Shown: positions 28,001-37,750 of the stretch, one piece after another
How the letters are laid out: each line of letters opens with the position of its first letter
Position numbering within the stretch: the stretch's first letter is position 1
DNA from: Laetmonice hystrix
Lineage: Eukaryota
Length of the DNA: 64,000 nt
Direction of reading: 5' to 3'
Assembly (NCBI GenBank): GCA_965235115.1
Contig: OZ249436.1
Span: 27,654,001 to 27,718,000 of the forward strand
Notes under the pieces: model-generated
The model's input: only the letters and a program-made list of their open reading frames with translations
The model's database searches: none
What the model was told of the DNA's origin: nothing
Program-made: the position numbers and the translations under genes

Positions 28001-31000
28001 TGTGTTGTATGCAAAGCGATGACAACAAAGGTCATGGTCCTTGTTTATGAGTTCATTTTACATGATATCGTATGAGGCCCGCTCTCACCCAAAAAAAAAT
28101 CTTTAACAAAAAAAACAAAACGCGTCACCGCACCACTTTTGAAATGTTCTTCGGACCAGAAACCGGGAATTTCTTTTTTTGGCCTTAAACTTGATGTACA
28201 AGTTTTACTCAATCAGTGCCAGGACCTCCATTGGGAGATCATGACAGAGTTGTAGGAGGTCAGGGCTTGAATAGGATATACAGACTGTACTCAATCAGAC
28301 TTCCATTTGGAAGTCATGAGTAGCATGTCTGAGTTTGAACAGCATGCAGGTTTTTCCTACTCAGTACCAGGACTTCCATTGGGAGGTCATGAGTTGTAGC
28401 ATGTCTGGGTTTGAACAGCATGCAGGTTTTTCCTACTCAGTACCAGGACTTCCATTGGGAGGTCATGAGTTTTAGCATGTCTGGGTTTGAACAGCATGCA
28501 GGTTTTTCATACTCAGTACCAGGACTTCCCTTGCCATTGGGAGGTCATGAGTTGTAGCATGTCTGAGTTTGAACAGCATGCAGGTTTTTCCTACTCAGTA
28601 CCAGGACTTCCATTGGAAGGTCATGAGTTGTAGCATGTCTGGGTTCGAACAGCATGCAGGTTTTTCCTACTCAGTACCAGGACTTCCATTGGGAGGTTAT
28701 GAGTTGTAGGATGTCTGGGTTTGAACAGCATGCAGGTTTTCCCTACTCAGTACCAGGACTTCCCTTGCCATTGGGAGGTCATGAGTTGTAGCATGTCTGG
28801 GTTTGAACAGCATGCAGGTTTTTCCTAGTCAGTACCAGGACTTCCATTGGGAGGTCATGAGTTGAAGCATGTCTGGGTTTGAACAGCATGCAGGTTTTCC
28901 CTACTCAGTACCAGGACTTCCCTTGCCATTGGGAGGTCATGAGTTGTAGCATGTCTGGGTTTGAACAGCATGCAGGTTTTTCCTACTCAGTACCAGGACT
29001 TCCATTGCCATTGGGAGGTCATGAGTTGTAGCATGTCTGAGTTTGAACAGCATGCAGATTTTTCCTACTCAGTACCAGGACTTCCATTGGGAGGTCATGA
29101 GTTGTAGCATGTCTGGGTTTGAACAGCATGCAGGTTTTTCCTAGTCAGTACCAGGACTTCCATTGGGAGGTCATGAGTTGTAGCATGTCTGGGTTTGAAC
29201 AGCATGCAGGTTTTCCCTACTCAGTACCAGGACTTCCCTTGCCATTGGGAGGTCATGAGTTGTAGCATGTCTGGGTTTGAACAGCATGCAGGTTTTTCCT
29301 ACTCAGTACCAGGACTTCCATTGCCATTGGGAGGTTATGAGTTGTAGCATGTCTGAGTTTGAACAGCATGCAGATTTTTCCTACTCAGTACCAGGACTTC
29401 CATTGGGAGGTCATGAGTTGTAGCATGTCTGGGTTTGATCAGCATGCAGGTTTGACTTTGACTCACTCAGTGCCAGGACTTCCATTGGGACATCATGACA
29501 GAGTTGTAGGATGTTTGGATTTGAACAGCATGCAGGTTTTTCCTACTCAGTACCAGGACTTCCCTTGCCATTGGGAGGTCATGAGTTGTAGCATGTCTGA
29601 GTTTGAACAGCATGCAGGTTTTTCCTACTCAGTACCAGGACTTCCATTGGGAGGTCATAAGTTGTAGCATGTCTGGGTTTGAACAGCATGCAGGTTTTTC
29701 CTACTCAGTACCAGGACTTCCATTGGGAGGTCATGAGTTGTAGCATGTCTGGGTTTGAACAGCATGCAGGTTTTTCCTTCTCAGTACCAGGACTTCCATT
29801 GGGAGGTCATGAGTTGTAGCATGTCTGAGTTTGAACAGCATGCAGGTTTTTCCTACTCAGTACCAGGACTTCCATTGGGAGGTCATGAGTTGTAGCATGT
29901 CTGGGTTTGAACAACATGCAGGTTTTTCCTACTCAGTACTAGGACTTCCATTGGGAGGTCATGAGTTGTAGCATGTCTGGGTTTGAACAGCATGCAGGTT
30001 TTTCCTACTCAGTACCAGGACTTCCCTTGGCATGACAGAGTTGTAGGATGTCAGAGTTTGAACAGGATGTACAGTTCTTACTCACTCAGTGCCAGGACTT
30101 CCATTGGGAGATTATGACAGAGTTGTAGGATGTCAGTGTTTGAACAGGATGTACAGTTCTTACTCACTCAGTGCCAGGACCTCCAATGGGAGATCATGAC
30201 AGGGTTGTAGGATGCCAGTGTTTGAAGACGATGTACAGTTCTTACTCACTCAGTGCCAGGACCTCCAATGGGAGATCATGACAGGGTTGTAGGATGCCAG
30301 TGTTTGAAGAGGATGTACAGTTCTTACTCACTCAGTGCCAGGACTTCCATTGGGAGATCATGACAGAGTTGTATGATGTCAGTGTTTGAAGAGGATGTAC
30401 AGTTCTTACTCACTCAGTGCCAGGACTTCCATTGGGAGATCATGACAGAGTTGTAGGATGTCAGTGTTTGAAGAGGATGTACAGTTCTTACTCACTCAGT
30501 GCCAGGACTTCCATTGGGAGATCATGACAAAGTTGTAAGATGTCGGGTTTCTCTGACTTCACGCCTGCCTTCTGTGCAGCATGCACTGGTTGCAGCACTG
30601 ACTGGGCACTCACAAACGGGGGTATGTTCAACCTACAACATATTGAGAAAAGTCCTTTAATAAATTATTCATTTGGGGTCTGCTGCATCCTAATATCGAA
30701 ATGGCCTTTTTTAGAAAAAAAAAAGTGACAACTGTTTGTTGTTATTTTCAAATCTTTGACTTGATACTCACAAAGTGTCAGGCCTTAGTTCGAGAACATC
30801 TGATCAAGGAACAATAACCTTGAACATACCTGTAAAGTATTTCAGCTCGCAGATAGTTGCCAACTCCATTGAAGTACTTCTGGTCAAGCAAAACCTCACA
30901 TATTGGTTTCTTAAATACCACCCGTTCTACATCATTGAGTATGTTTTCCCTGTAACAGATTGTGATATCCAGGATGATATAAAATCAAGCTTTGACGATT

Positions 31001-32203
31001 TGATTGTTGATGTTACAACAGAAAGTTTGACTTTAGGCCACTTAAAATTAATAAATTGTTTTACATGGCCGGCCGCCTCGATTTTTTTTTATATTTTATA
31101 TTTTTCAAAAAGTCCGTTTTTTTCATCCCCAAAACCGTCTCCCACAGTTCTGTCAGGGTGTTACAGTTGAAGGGACCCTCAAGGTATAGAAGGGCTGTAC
31201 AAAATGTTGAGATATTGAGAAATTAAAAGTATTTTTCCAGTGATCTCTGGTGATCTCTGCTGTCCTTCTTGTCGAGGCAAAATATAAAATATAAAATATA
31301 AAATGCCCTACTCACCAACATTTCAGAAGTTGGAGTCATGTAAAACAATTTATTAATTTTAAGTGGCCTTATTTGGCATTGAAAAATTTATTTATAACTG
31401 CACTGGACCTGTCTGCCCTTCCTGCAGTGCTGACCAACATGCTCTGAATTATGAGACAATCTAACTGGTTTCAGACAATAGGTGCACAATTTTTGAATGA
31501 CACTGCCAGTTTTATAAGCATTGTATTCATGTTACTGGCAATGTTTACTTTCAAAGTTGCCACTTCCAAATAAGAACTGTGTCTTCATCATTTTTGATGA
31601 GGTTCAATGATATGTATTTTGAGTATTACCATAGACCTAGTCCTAGAGTAGATCTACTCTAGGTCTATGGTATTACCAACTTGGACGGCAATAAGTACCG
31701 TACCTGAAGAGATCATATTCGAGTATAACACAAGGTCCTCGGTTTTTACCCCATTCGTCTGTCAACTCCCACCGACCAAAACGGCGGTAGTCGTTAAAAC
31801 TCAAACAATAATCGTCTGTATCCGTGAAGAAATTCAGATGGCAGTGTTTGTCCATGTCGTCCTTGTGCACAAACTTGAATTTTCCCGACATGCCAAAACG
31901 AAAGAGAATTTCAATTTTCTTCCCCTGATATTCCCCATTTTTAGACTTTTGTTTTTGAATGTCATTGGCTTTCATTTTCACCCCGGAAGGATCTGTCGCC
32001 TCCGTGGGATGCACCGCTGTCAGGGTCAGCTTGACTTCCTTGCCGCGGGTTGTAGCGGAGATTTTATAGGCGGGCTCCTCCCATGGGATGTCGGGGTTCT
32101 TTGTGGAGACGGCGGATTTCAGAACTTTACCGGTGAAGATCCTATTCTCACAAACTCTGTTAATGAAAAGGCCTGCAACGTGAAGTTCGGGTCCTTCTGG
32201 CAT
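20313..32203 (-). CDS. NEIL1: Endonuclease VIII-like 1 DNA glycosylase (Fpg/Nei family)
   Basis: Starts MPEGPELH (catalytic Pro2/Glu3); RGKE, FRFGMSG, RRFGRW, RGPCV, LLDQKYFNGVGNYLRAEILYR (H2TH) and DHNGRTMWF match NEIL1. Exons (minus): 32203-31704, 30949-30830, 30632-30496, 26910-26746, 25790-25732, 25576-25360, [duplicated 24243-24185, 24029-23813], 20362-20313; all GT-AG and phase-consistent (415 aa without, 507 aa with the duplicate pair). The last exon is inferred; an unspliced alternative reads to a stop at 25319. Confidence 0.92.
20578..23181 (+). CDS. LINE ORF2 (partial APE endonuclease plus reverse transcriptase), CR1/L2 group
   Basis: 867-aa ORF with GIIYRRP, IGDFNID, TTIDLIF and SDHN (APE), then LRPISLL, KQGGFRPG, FIDFKKAFDTVDH, GVPQGSVLGP and YADDT (RT); the APE N-terminus is missing. 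Confidence 0.92.
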   Translation: MNIHIYYVRCQSNFSVTPLHALNICENYMESCWINICYKYSRPLTLGIIYRRPSGSLENCLEALHEMLNSIPSGNDIMMIGDFNIDFAKNNNNSRKLKELARERSLKQLIKTPTRGTHYTSTTIDLIFVKADHIVQSGTIPCGLSDHNIIFVIKKKIQPTHTSATFQGRSYKHLDIPNLQARISALDWSPFYECCDPTLSWDIMLGNIMSVTDLLCPLKEIKIKKVKQPWINNLLLELMNDRDAVLKRHEQTKDSADWDLYKRLRNEAKRGVREAKEEFIIDNLVKHEGDHKKFWKQINDLFPRSGKNNATFRLIEPNGNTEVDESKTADYINSFFVNIGPNLAQHFREPWDTDMVRSNLELPTMVTTEEEVKKLVKEINIYKSSAIKNISSKILKPAFLILIPQLTHLFNLCLTHGLFPDSWKVATVIPLQKDGDKSDVGNLRPISLLPLPGKMLERVIHANLMLFLTENNLISEKQGGFRPGFSTTRKIADLTDDIYEAMNNQEITVAVFIDFKKAFDTVDHEILLRKLDLLGIRNINLNLITNYLSNRKQQTLANNVMSDTANITFGVPQGSVLGPLLFLLYVNDLPDCIQNGRSQLYADDTTVYQKHSNVYCAVQSLQDDLDRLMHWCNLNKLTINVKKTKAMIFTTKQRKKRLPPINLTLGNERLAIVDSYKYLGLTLDSTLNFENHLKNMVKTISHKLFMLTRLRRLLTQAAAERVYKTMILPYFDYADIFYEACSQNKLDKLQRIQNRSLRCIAGVNQKHLSTDELHEKLNLCKLITRRKQHLANFMFKRSSDPHYIDNRNLITREHRKKLMVVTKPNLEKFKDSLVYKGSKLWNSLSMEHQVCASYKLFKSKTKNCIID
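20600..23467 (+). mobile_element. 5'-truncated non-LTR retrotransposon with poly(A) tail, antisense within the last NEIL1 intron
   Basis: Uninterrupted ORF2, ~255-nt 3' UTR with AATAAA near 23419, and A29 at 23439-23467. The 5' boundary is approximate and no TSD was found. Confidence 0.88.
23006..26101. repeat. 1547-bp direct tandem duplication (23006-24552 / 24553-26099)
   Basis: Identical ORF translations at a 1547-nt offset; both copies carry an A29 tail; junction at 24553 with TA microhomology. Confidence 0.95.
24553..25014 (+). mobile_element. Duplicated 3' fragment of the LINE (end of ORF2, 3' UTR, A29)
   Basis: TREHRKKL...KNCIID is identical to the C-terminus of the 20578 ORF; part of the tandem duplication. 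Confidence 0.9.
27432..28184. mobile_element. Harbinger-like MITE (TTA TSD) inserted into the satellite
   Basis: TIR GGC(C)AAAAAAGAAAT(T)CCCGGTTTCTGGTCCG; TTA duplicated, splitting the satellite motif GTGT-TTA-AAC. Confidence 0.8.
27555..27943. mobile_element. Related Harbinger-like MITE (TAA TSD) nested in the previous element
   Basis: TIR GGCCAAAAAAAAAAA..TTCGTTTCTTGTCC / GGACAAGAAACGAA..TTTTTTTTTTTGGCC, with TAA on both flanks. Confidence 0.8.
31036..31368. mobile_element. Harbinger-like MITE (TTA TSD) in NEIL1 intron 1
   Basis: Perfect 32-bp TIR GGCCACTTAAAATTAATAAATTGTTTTACATG; TTA on both flanks. Confidence 0.85.
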
Positions 32204-32723
32204 GATGATCGGTAAAAACTATAAGGCCAAAGAGTCGGTGAAGACGCGGATGCTATGCCTATGGCTATACCGTGCTCTCCACGTGTTTTGTTGTTGTGTA
32301 AGCATGGTACAGCAATAGAATTGGGTCAAAAGGACCCCTATATCATTTCGAAAGGAGCATAGCGCCGACAGTGTTTATTACTGTGACAGTTATAGACTCT
32401 ATGTATTGACAAATTCCATAGTGTTTATCGTTGAAAAGAATGGACAATAATGTCCTCATCGGTTGCCGACGCCAATGTTAGTCCTACCAGGCACTCGGCC
32501 TATATCTTTTTGTTGCATGGCGGGGCCAGGGAAGGTCAGGGGTCAGGTGCACGCTCACATTCGCGCCCATTTGCTGAAATGAACGCTCATAGATCCTGCA
32601 CGGGACTCTGGGCAAACCGCAGGGGGTAACGAGGACACCGGGGCGAACTATAATTATAGTTTCACCGCAGTACATGGAAGACATGGCTTCCCGCATGACA
32701 CTAGTCAAACCGGCGGCGGTTAA

Positions 32724-34244
32724 AGATGTACCGTCAACTGTCATTTAGAAGGCATCTCATGATATGTACTGAATGTAATACGATAGAGGAATAAAATTCG
32801 TTAATTGCGTTTTATTATGTCCACCCGTTAATTAGAACGGCCCATAGCAACGGCCCTAGAAACGAAATGCCATCAAAACCCGCACCAGATAATGACGTCA
32901 AATCGAGAACGGTCTTTGTGACGTTTTGGGATTCCCCTGTGTGTGCCACTGCTCGAGGCGTTACGTAGCCTGTGATCTAGAGTGATATTCATTTTATAAA
33001 ATACATTTTAAGTTAGAAAAATGTCCCGACGGTGTGTAGCTATGTTCTGTGACCACCAGGGCAACAAATTATTTGAGTTTCCTTGGAGTAATCAGCACTC
33101 AGCAGCATCCGAAAAATATTTGTCAAGGCCAGAGACTGAGAGAGCGCTCTGCCACTGGGTGCCACCGCCCACAACTTGGCACAAGTCTGTTGTACGTTGT
33201 GCTGCCGATTGTTCCGACAACTGGGCAAAATACAAGTTGGGTTTAGCCTAATCTTTATAGGTTTGTAGGAGGGGCGGACCCAAAGTCAAGACAAACTCGC
33301 CATGGCAGCCTGACTGTAGCTCATGCCTGACTGTAACGGCAGTGTAGCTGCGAGGGTGACGGTCGGAAGCCGCGAACAGCCGCAAACAAAGCAATGACTG
33401 CCGCTCAAGCTACCTGAGACTGAGTGACAGTCAGGATCCGCCACCGTTTACCTAGGCTATAGGCCTAGGCCTAGATCTAGTTGTCACGAAAAGCCTAGAT
33501 CTCGTCTATATAGGAGCCTACTCTATGGGCCATGGATGTCATTCCCGTTTCACTCAGACTCAGTGTGTGTGTGGCCACGGATCGGTCGGTGTTTGTAAAC
33601 AAAGCATGGAAACGCATCGTCATCGGCGATGATTTCATGCCGACTGGTGACAATTCTTAAACTTGTTATCTGATCGAAAGAGCAATCAGAATTTGTGTAA
33701 TTTCCGCTATTTGGTGGACTTGGTGGACAGGCCCCGTCAGCAACTGCATGCAGTTGACAGACTAGTCCGGCCATGCCCCCTCCCCCTCCCCCGTCAGCCA
33801 GTGACACTGCCCCATCCACCGGCCTCGATCAGGTTCGAACCGTGATGTACGGCCCAAACTGCAGTGGTTCTGCCTGTTGTTGGTGATAATCTTTACTGAC
33901 TTCAGTCTTATCCTGCTACTCTGGTACGGTAGTACAAAATCTTCAAAGTTAGACAAGGACCTAAACGAGGAGGAGTGCACTGTCCTCACTCGTGTAGGCC
34001 TAACTGTTTACGACTGTGGCCGCCATTTTCCTCTCGGCAAGTGTTCTCGATTTGACGTCAAAATCTCATTAACATAATTCGCGCGCAATTTGAACCTTTC
34101 TGTGTCCATTTTGCAAAAAAAAGGCCATAAAGTGCTTGTGGAAATTTTTTTCCCCCGTGAGCAGCCTGGAATGTATTATGTGCATGAAATAAGACATGTG
34201 TATGCCACTATTCCACATTTTAACACATCAATGACGGTTCCTGT
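32724..34244 (+). mobile_element. Kolobok-like deletion derivative carrying a degenerate THAP domain
   Basis: TTAA-AGATGTACCGTCA ... TGACGGTTCCTGT-TTAA (10/13 TIR match); internal THAP-like ORF at 33021. Confidence 0.6.
33021..33251 (+). pseudogene. Degenerate THAP zinc-finger (transposase N-terminus) remnant
   Basis: MSRRCVAMFC...LFEFP...WVPP...SVVRCAAD follows the THAP pattern (MxxxCxxxxC, FxFP, WxP, CxxH) with the His lost and an early stop. Confidence 0.55.
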
Positions 34245-34795
34245 TTAAGTCTCGTGACCTGCATATGCAAATGACGTTAAATAGCCTCAAACCAGCTCAC
34301 GATAGCACCGAAAGTGCGCCAAGCGATTGTGACGTCAAAAATTTTCCCATAGGATTAACATTGACAGGGCCCACAGGTTTACAAAGACCAGCCTGTATAT
34401 TCACAATATAACTTTCTAAACTATAAAACAAACTTTATCCTAGAGTAAACATCCCGGTAATCATGTATTGTAACGCTCAACATTAACAGCGACTTGACTA
34501 CAGAATGAAAATATTTCAAAGTTGACTGTCACTGTTCCCTATGGCCATCCCAGTGTTAAACCAGCGAGGCTATTTGCTCCTTGTCCCGCTAACGCAAAAT
34601 CTCTTGAATTCTCGTGACATACTTAAACGCCCTATAGGGAGCCGAAGTCTCGTGACACAGTTATGGATTTTCTGGATAGGAGGTACAAATGGAGCGTCAA
34701 TGTTAGTAGTAGTAGTAGTAGTAGTTTCAGCTTCACTAGGAGCGGATTGCTCCTTTACAGCCAGCTGCTCCAACGTTGATGTTTGCGGTTTTGTG

Positions 34796-37750
34796 TTATT
34801 GATGAAGGTAGCGCATGCTTGTAGGGTTCGGTTTGTCGGCCCACTTGTAGTCTATTTTAGCTGGGTGGTCCTTGTGGTACCTGTCCAATGCGTTCTTAAA
34901 ACCGTTGACTGTGGATTTTGATACTATTTCATCAGGTAGTTCGTTCCACCAATTTGCTACTCTTTGGGTGAAAAAGTTTTGTCTGATATTTGTCCTATTT
35001 AATGACTTGTTTAACTTGTAGTTGTGTCCCCTTAGTCCAGGAGTTGTTGTGCTCAGGTTGTTGGTCAGTAAGTCTGTGTCCATAAATCCATGTAACATTT
35101 TGTAAACATTTATTAAATCGCCACGTATCCTTCTGTATGTCAAGGTTGGAATGTTCAACTCTTTAAGTCTATTTTCATAGCTCAGATCCTTAAGTGCTGG
35201 TATCATTTTGGTTGCCCGCCTTTGGATGTTTTCCACTTCCTCAATTAATTTCCATAAACTTGGAGTCCATACAGGTGCGGCATACTCTAGTATGGGTCTG
35301 ATGATGGATTTATATAGTAATTTAAATGTGTGTTTGTCCAGGTAATCGAAGGATCTCCAGATCATGCCGGTTATGCTATTCGCTTTTTTGGTAATGAGGT
35401 GGATATGGTTTTCAAAACTGAGGTTCTTGTCGATTTGTACTCCGAGGTCCCTTTCTACGTCTGATAATGTGAGTTCAATAAGTGAGTCATCTGACCTCAT
35501 TTTGTATATAAATTCGGGTTGACCTTTATATATTCTGAGCACTACGCATTTGTTTGGGTGAAAACGCAGCTGCCATTTCTTCTCCCATTCTTCCAGATTC
35601 CTGATGTCTTGCTGTATTCTTTGGCATTGGTCTATGGTTTTGGCGCTTCCATACAATTTTGAGTCGTCTGCGAATAGTTTAATATTTGATGCTGCTATTT
35701 GAGGCATATCGTTGATGAAGATTGCGAATAGAACGGGGCCCATCACACTGCCCTGTGGGATTCCACTTTTCATGGCCTTCCATTGAGATGTTGCCCCATC
35801 CACTAGTGTTCTTTGTTTTCGCTTTGTAAGGAAGGTCTTTAGCCACATGAGGAGTTCGCCATTTATACCGTAGCTTCTTAATTTAGATATTAGTCTCATA
35901 TGTGGCACTGAGTCAAAAGCCTTCATGAAGTCGAGCATTATGACGTCGACCGGCATATTGTTGTCTATGGATTGGGTTACAAAATCCAGGTATTCTAGTA
36001 GTTGGGTTACGGTAGATCGCCCCGACATAAATCCATGTTGGTGCTTGGAGTATAGGTTATTACTTATCATGTGGTGATTGACACTGGCTCTGATTATTTT
36101 TTCTAAAATTTTGCAACATACTGATGTGAGACTTACTGGCCGATAGTTTTGCGCCAATCTCCTCGACCCTTTCTTGTGGATGGGTGTTATGTTGGCCACT
36201 CTCCAGTCCTCCGGTAGTTCGCCAGATTTCAAAGATTCATTGAAGATATGGGTTAATGGTGCTGCCAGCACTGAAGCGGTTTCCTTAAGGACCCTGGGGT
36301 GGAGGTCGTCCGGTCCCGCACTCTTGTATTGATTTAGTTCCTTTAATAATTTTTCTACCTCCTCCTTTGTCACCGGCACTCTGTTTAGTGGCTCATGGAA
36401 AGGTATTGTGGGTAGTTTCGGTATGACCTCAGTGTCTTCAGTGGTGAAGGTTGATGCAAAAAAGTCATTCATCAGCTCTGCTTTACCTACTCCATCTGTT
36501 ATTGTTTCTTCCTTTTCATTTTCCAGGTCTGCTATGCCTTGTCTTGTGTTTAGTTTATTGTTCACATATTTCCAGAAGCTCTTGGGGTCTACCTTTGCCT
36601 GTCTGGCGACTTGTTTTTCCAGATTTTTTTTTGCTTTTCTGGTCATCCCCTTGAGTTGATTTCTTATTTTGGCATATTGTAAGTAGTCTTTACCTAGTTT
36701 TGTATCCAGGTATCTTTTCCATAATTTTTCTTTCCTTCTTATGTGGCGTCTAGTTGCCCCCGTCATCCAAGCCGGCTTACGCCTGAGGTCGGGGCCACGG
36801 CTGACCGGTATATTCCTTCGCACTGACTCCTGTACCCTATTTTTGAAGATGTTCCAACATTCTGCCGCTGGTTTCCCTTGTAGAAGACTAATCCAGTCAA
36901 TCCCAAGCTCCTTGATTATTGCGTCATAGTTCCCTTTATGGTATTGGAAAGACTCCCTCCTTGGACCCTGCACTGCAGTATTGATGTTGAAATCGAAGGT
37001 TATACATATATGGTCGCTTTTTCCTAATGGCTGAAGTGGCTTGATGTTTCCTACCCTCTGGTCTTCGTTGGTTAGTACGAGGTCTAGGGTGTGTGGTTCC
37101 TGGTTACACCTGTACCTAGTTGGGAAGCTTATCATCTGCTGAAGGAAGGCATCATTTGTGGCTTCTATAAAGTCTGCCTCAGCCCTTGTGTTTCCTACAG
37201 GCGTGTCTTGACTTAACCAGTCTATTCCTGGATAATTAAAGTCCCCTAGTACCAATTGGAATGCCGATTTCTCCTTCTGTAGGTTACTGATCATTTTGTT
37301 TATGTTACCTGTGTTATCAGCTTGTGAGTTTGGGCTCCTATACATGCATATTACGTTTAGGGGCACATTTGAGATTGTTTTTAACTGGATGCCTAGTGCC
37401 TCTTTAGTGTCCTTGTGGTTTGACAATTTTAATTCACTGGCCTTTAGATTCTGGTTTACTAGTATAGCCACCCCTCTTGTGTCGTTTTCCTTGATATTAG
37501 TGAACAGGTCATATCCTGGTATTGCTATTTCATTGGCTTGTAGCTCAAATCTGGAGTTTTTTGGCTTTACTTCAGTTAGTGCAATAATGTCTGGTTGATG
37601 CTCCTCCACCATCACTGCTAATTCCCCTCTTTTATTTAGGACACCGTCTGCGTTTGTGTATAATATCGTTAATTTGTCCTTTTTTCTCTGACCTGTGCTT
37701 GCAGAGTTTGCTACTCTCTGCGTTTCATCCTCACTATCCTCAAGTTCCAT
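34796..37750 (-). CDS. CR1 LINE ORF2: APE endonuclease plus reverse transcriptase (984 aa)
   Basis: YTNADG, DIIALTE, MYRSP, LGDFNYP, LDLVLT and KSDH (APE); YRPVSLTS, QHGFMSGRS, LDFMKAFDSVPH, GIPQGSVMGP and FADDSK (RT); CR1-type C-terminus RRIRGDLI, LRGHNYKL, FFTQRVANWWNELP. Confidence 0.96.
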   Translation of the reverse strand: MELEDSEDETQRVANSASTGQRKKDKLTILYTNADGVLNKRGELAVMVEEHQPDIIALTEVKPKNSRFELQANEIAIPGYDLFTNIKENDTRGVAILVNQNLKASELKLSNHKDTKEALGIQLKTISNVPLNVICMYRSPNSQADNTGNINKMISNLQKEKSAFQLVLGDFNYPGIDWLSQDTPVGNTRAEADFIEATNDAFLQQMISFPTRYRCNQEPHTLDLVLTNEDQRVGNIKPLQPLGKSDHICITFDFNINTAVQGPRRESFQYHKGNYDAIIKELGIDWISLLQGKPAAECWNIFKNRVQESVRRNIPVSRGPDLRRKPAWMTGATRRHIRRKEKLWKRYLDTKLGKDYLQYAKIRNQLKGMTRKAKKNLEKQVARQAKVDPKSFWKYVNNKLNTRQGIADLENEKEETITDGVGKAELMNDFFASTFTTEDTEVIPKLPTIPFHEPLNRVPVTKEEVEKLLKELNQYKSAGPDDLHPRVLKETASVLAAPLTHIFNESLKSGELPEDWRVANITPIHKKGSRRLAQNYRPVSLTSVCCKILEKIIRASVNHHMISNNLYSKHQHGFMSGRSTVTQLLEYLDFVTQSIDNNMPVDVIMLDFMKAFDSVPHMRLISKLRSYGINGELLMWLKTFLTKRKQRTLVDGATSQWKAMKSGIPQGSVMGPVLFAIFINDMPQIAASNIKLFADDSKLYGSAKTIDQCQRIQQDIRNLEEWEKKWQLRFHPNKCVVLRIYKGQPEFIYKMRSDDSLIELTLSDVERDLGVQIDKNLSFENHIHLITKKANSITGMIWRSFDYLDKHTFKLLYKSIIRPILEYAAPVWTPSLWKLIEEVENIQRRATKMIPALKDLSYENRLKELNIPTLTYRRIRGDLINVYKMLHGFMDTDLLTNNLSTTTPGLRGHNYKLNKSLNRTNIRQNFFTQRVANWWNELPDEIVSKSTVNGFKNALDRYHKDHPAKIDYKWADKPNPTSMRYLHQ

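Larger units (their letters stand above)
27101..30545. repeat. 76-82-bp satellite array in NEIL1 intron 3, derived from the exon-3 end and donor
   Basis: All units share CAGT(G/A)CCAGGACTTCCATTGGGAG(A/G)TCATGA...GTTGTAG. 82-bp units at 27101-27430 and ~30030-30545, 76/81-bp units at ~28300-30030; the last unit overlaps the coding exon. Confidence 0.93.

Noticed and set aside
29359..29667. 102-aa ORF in the satellite
   Set aside because: Translation of the 76/81-bp repeat on the strand opposite NEIL1.
31667..32215. 182-aa + strand ORF
   Set aside because: Antisense shadow of NEIL1 exon 1.
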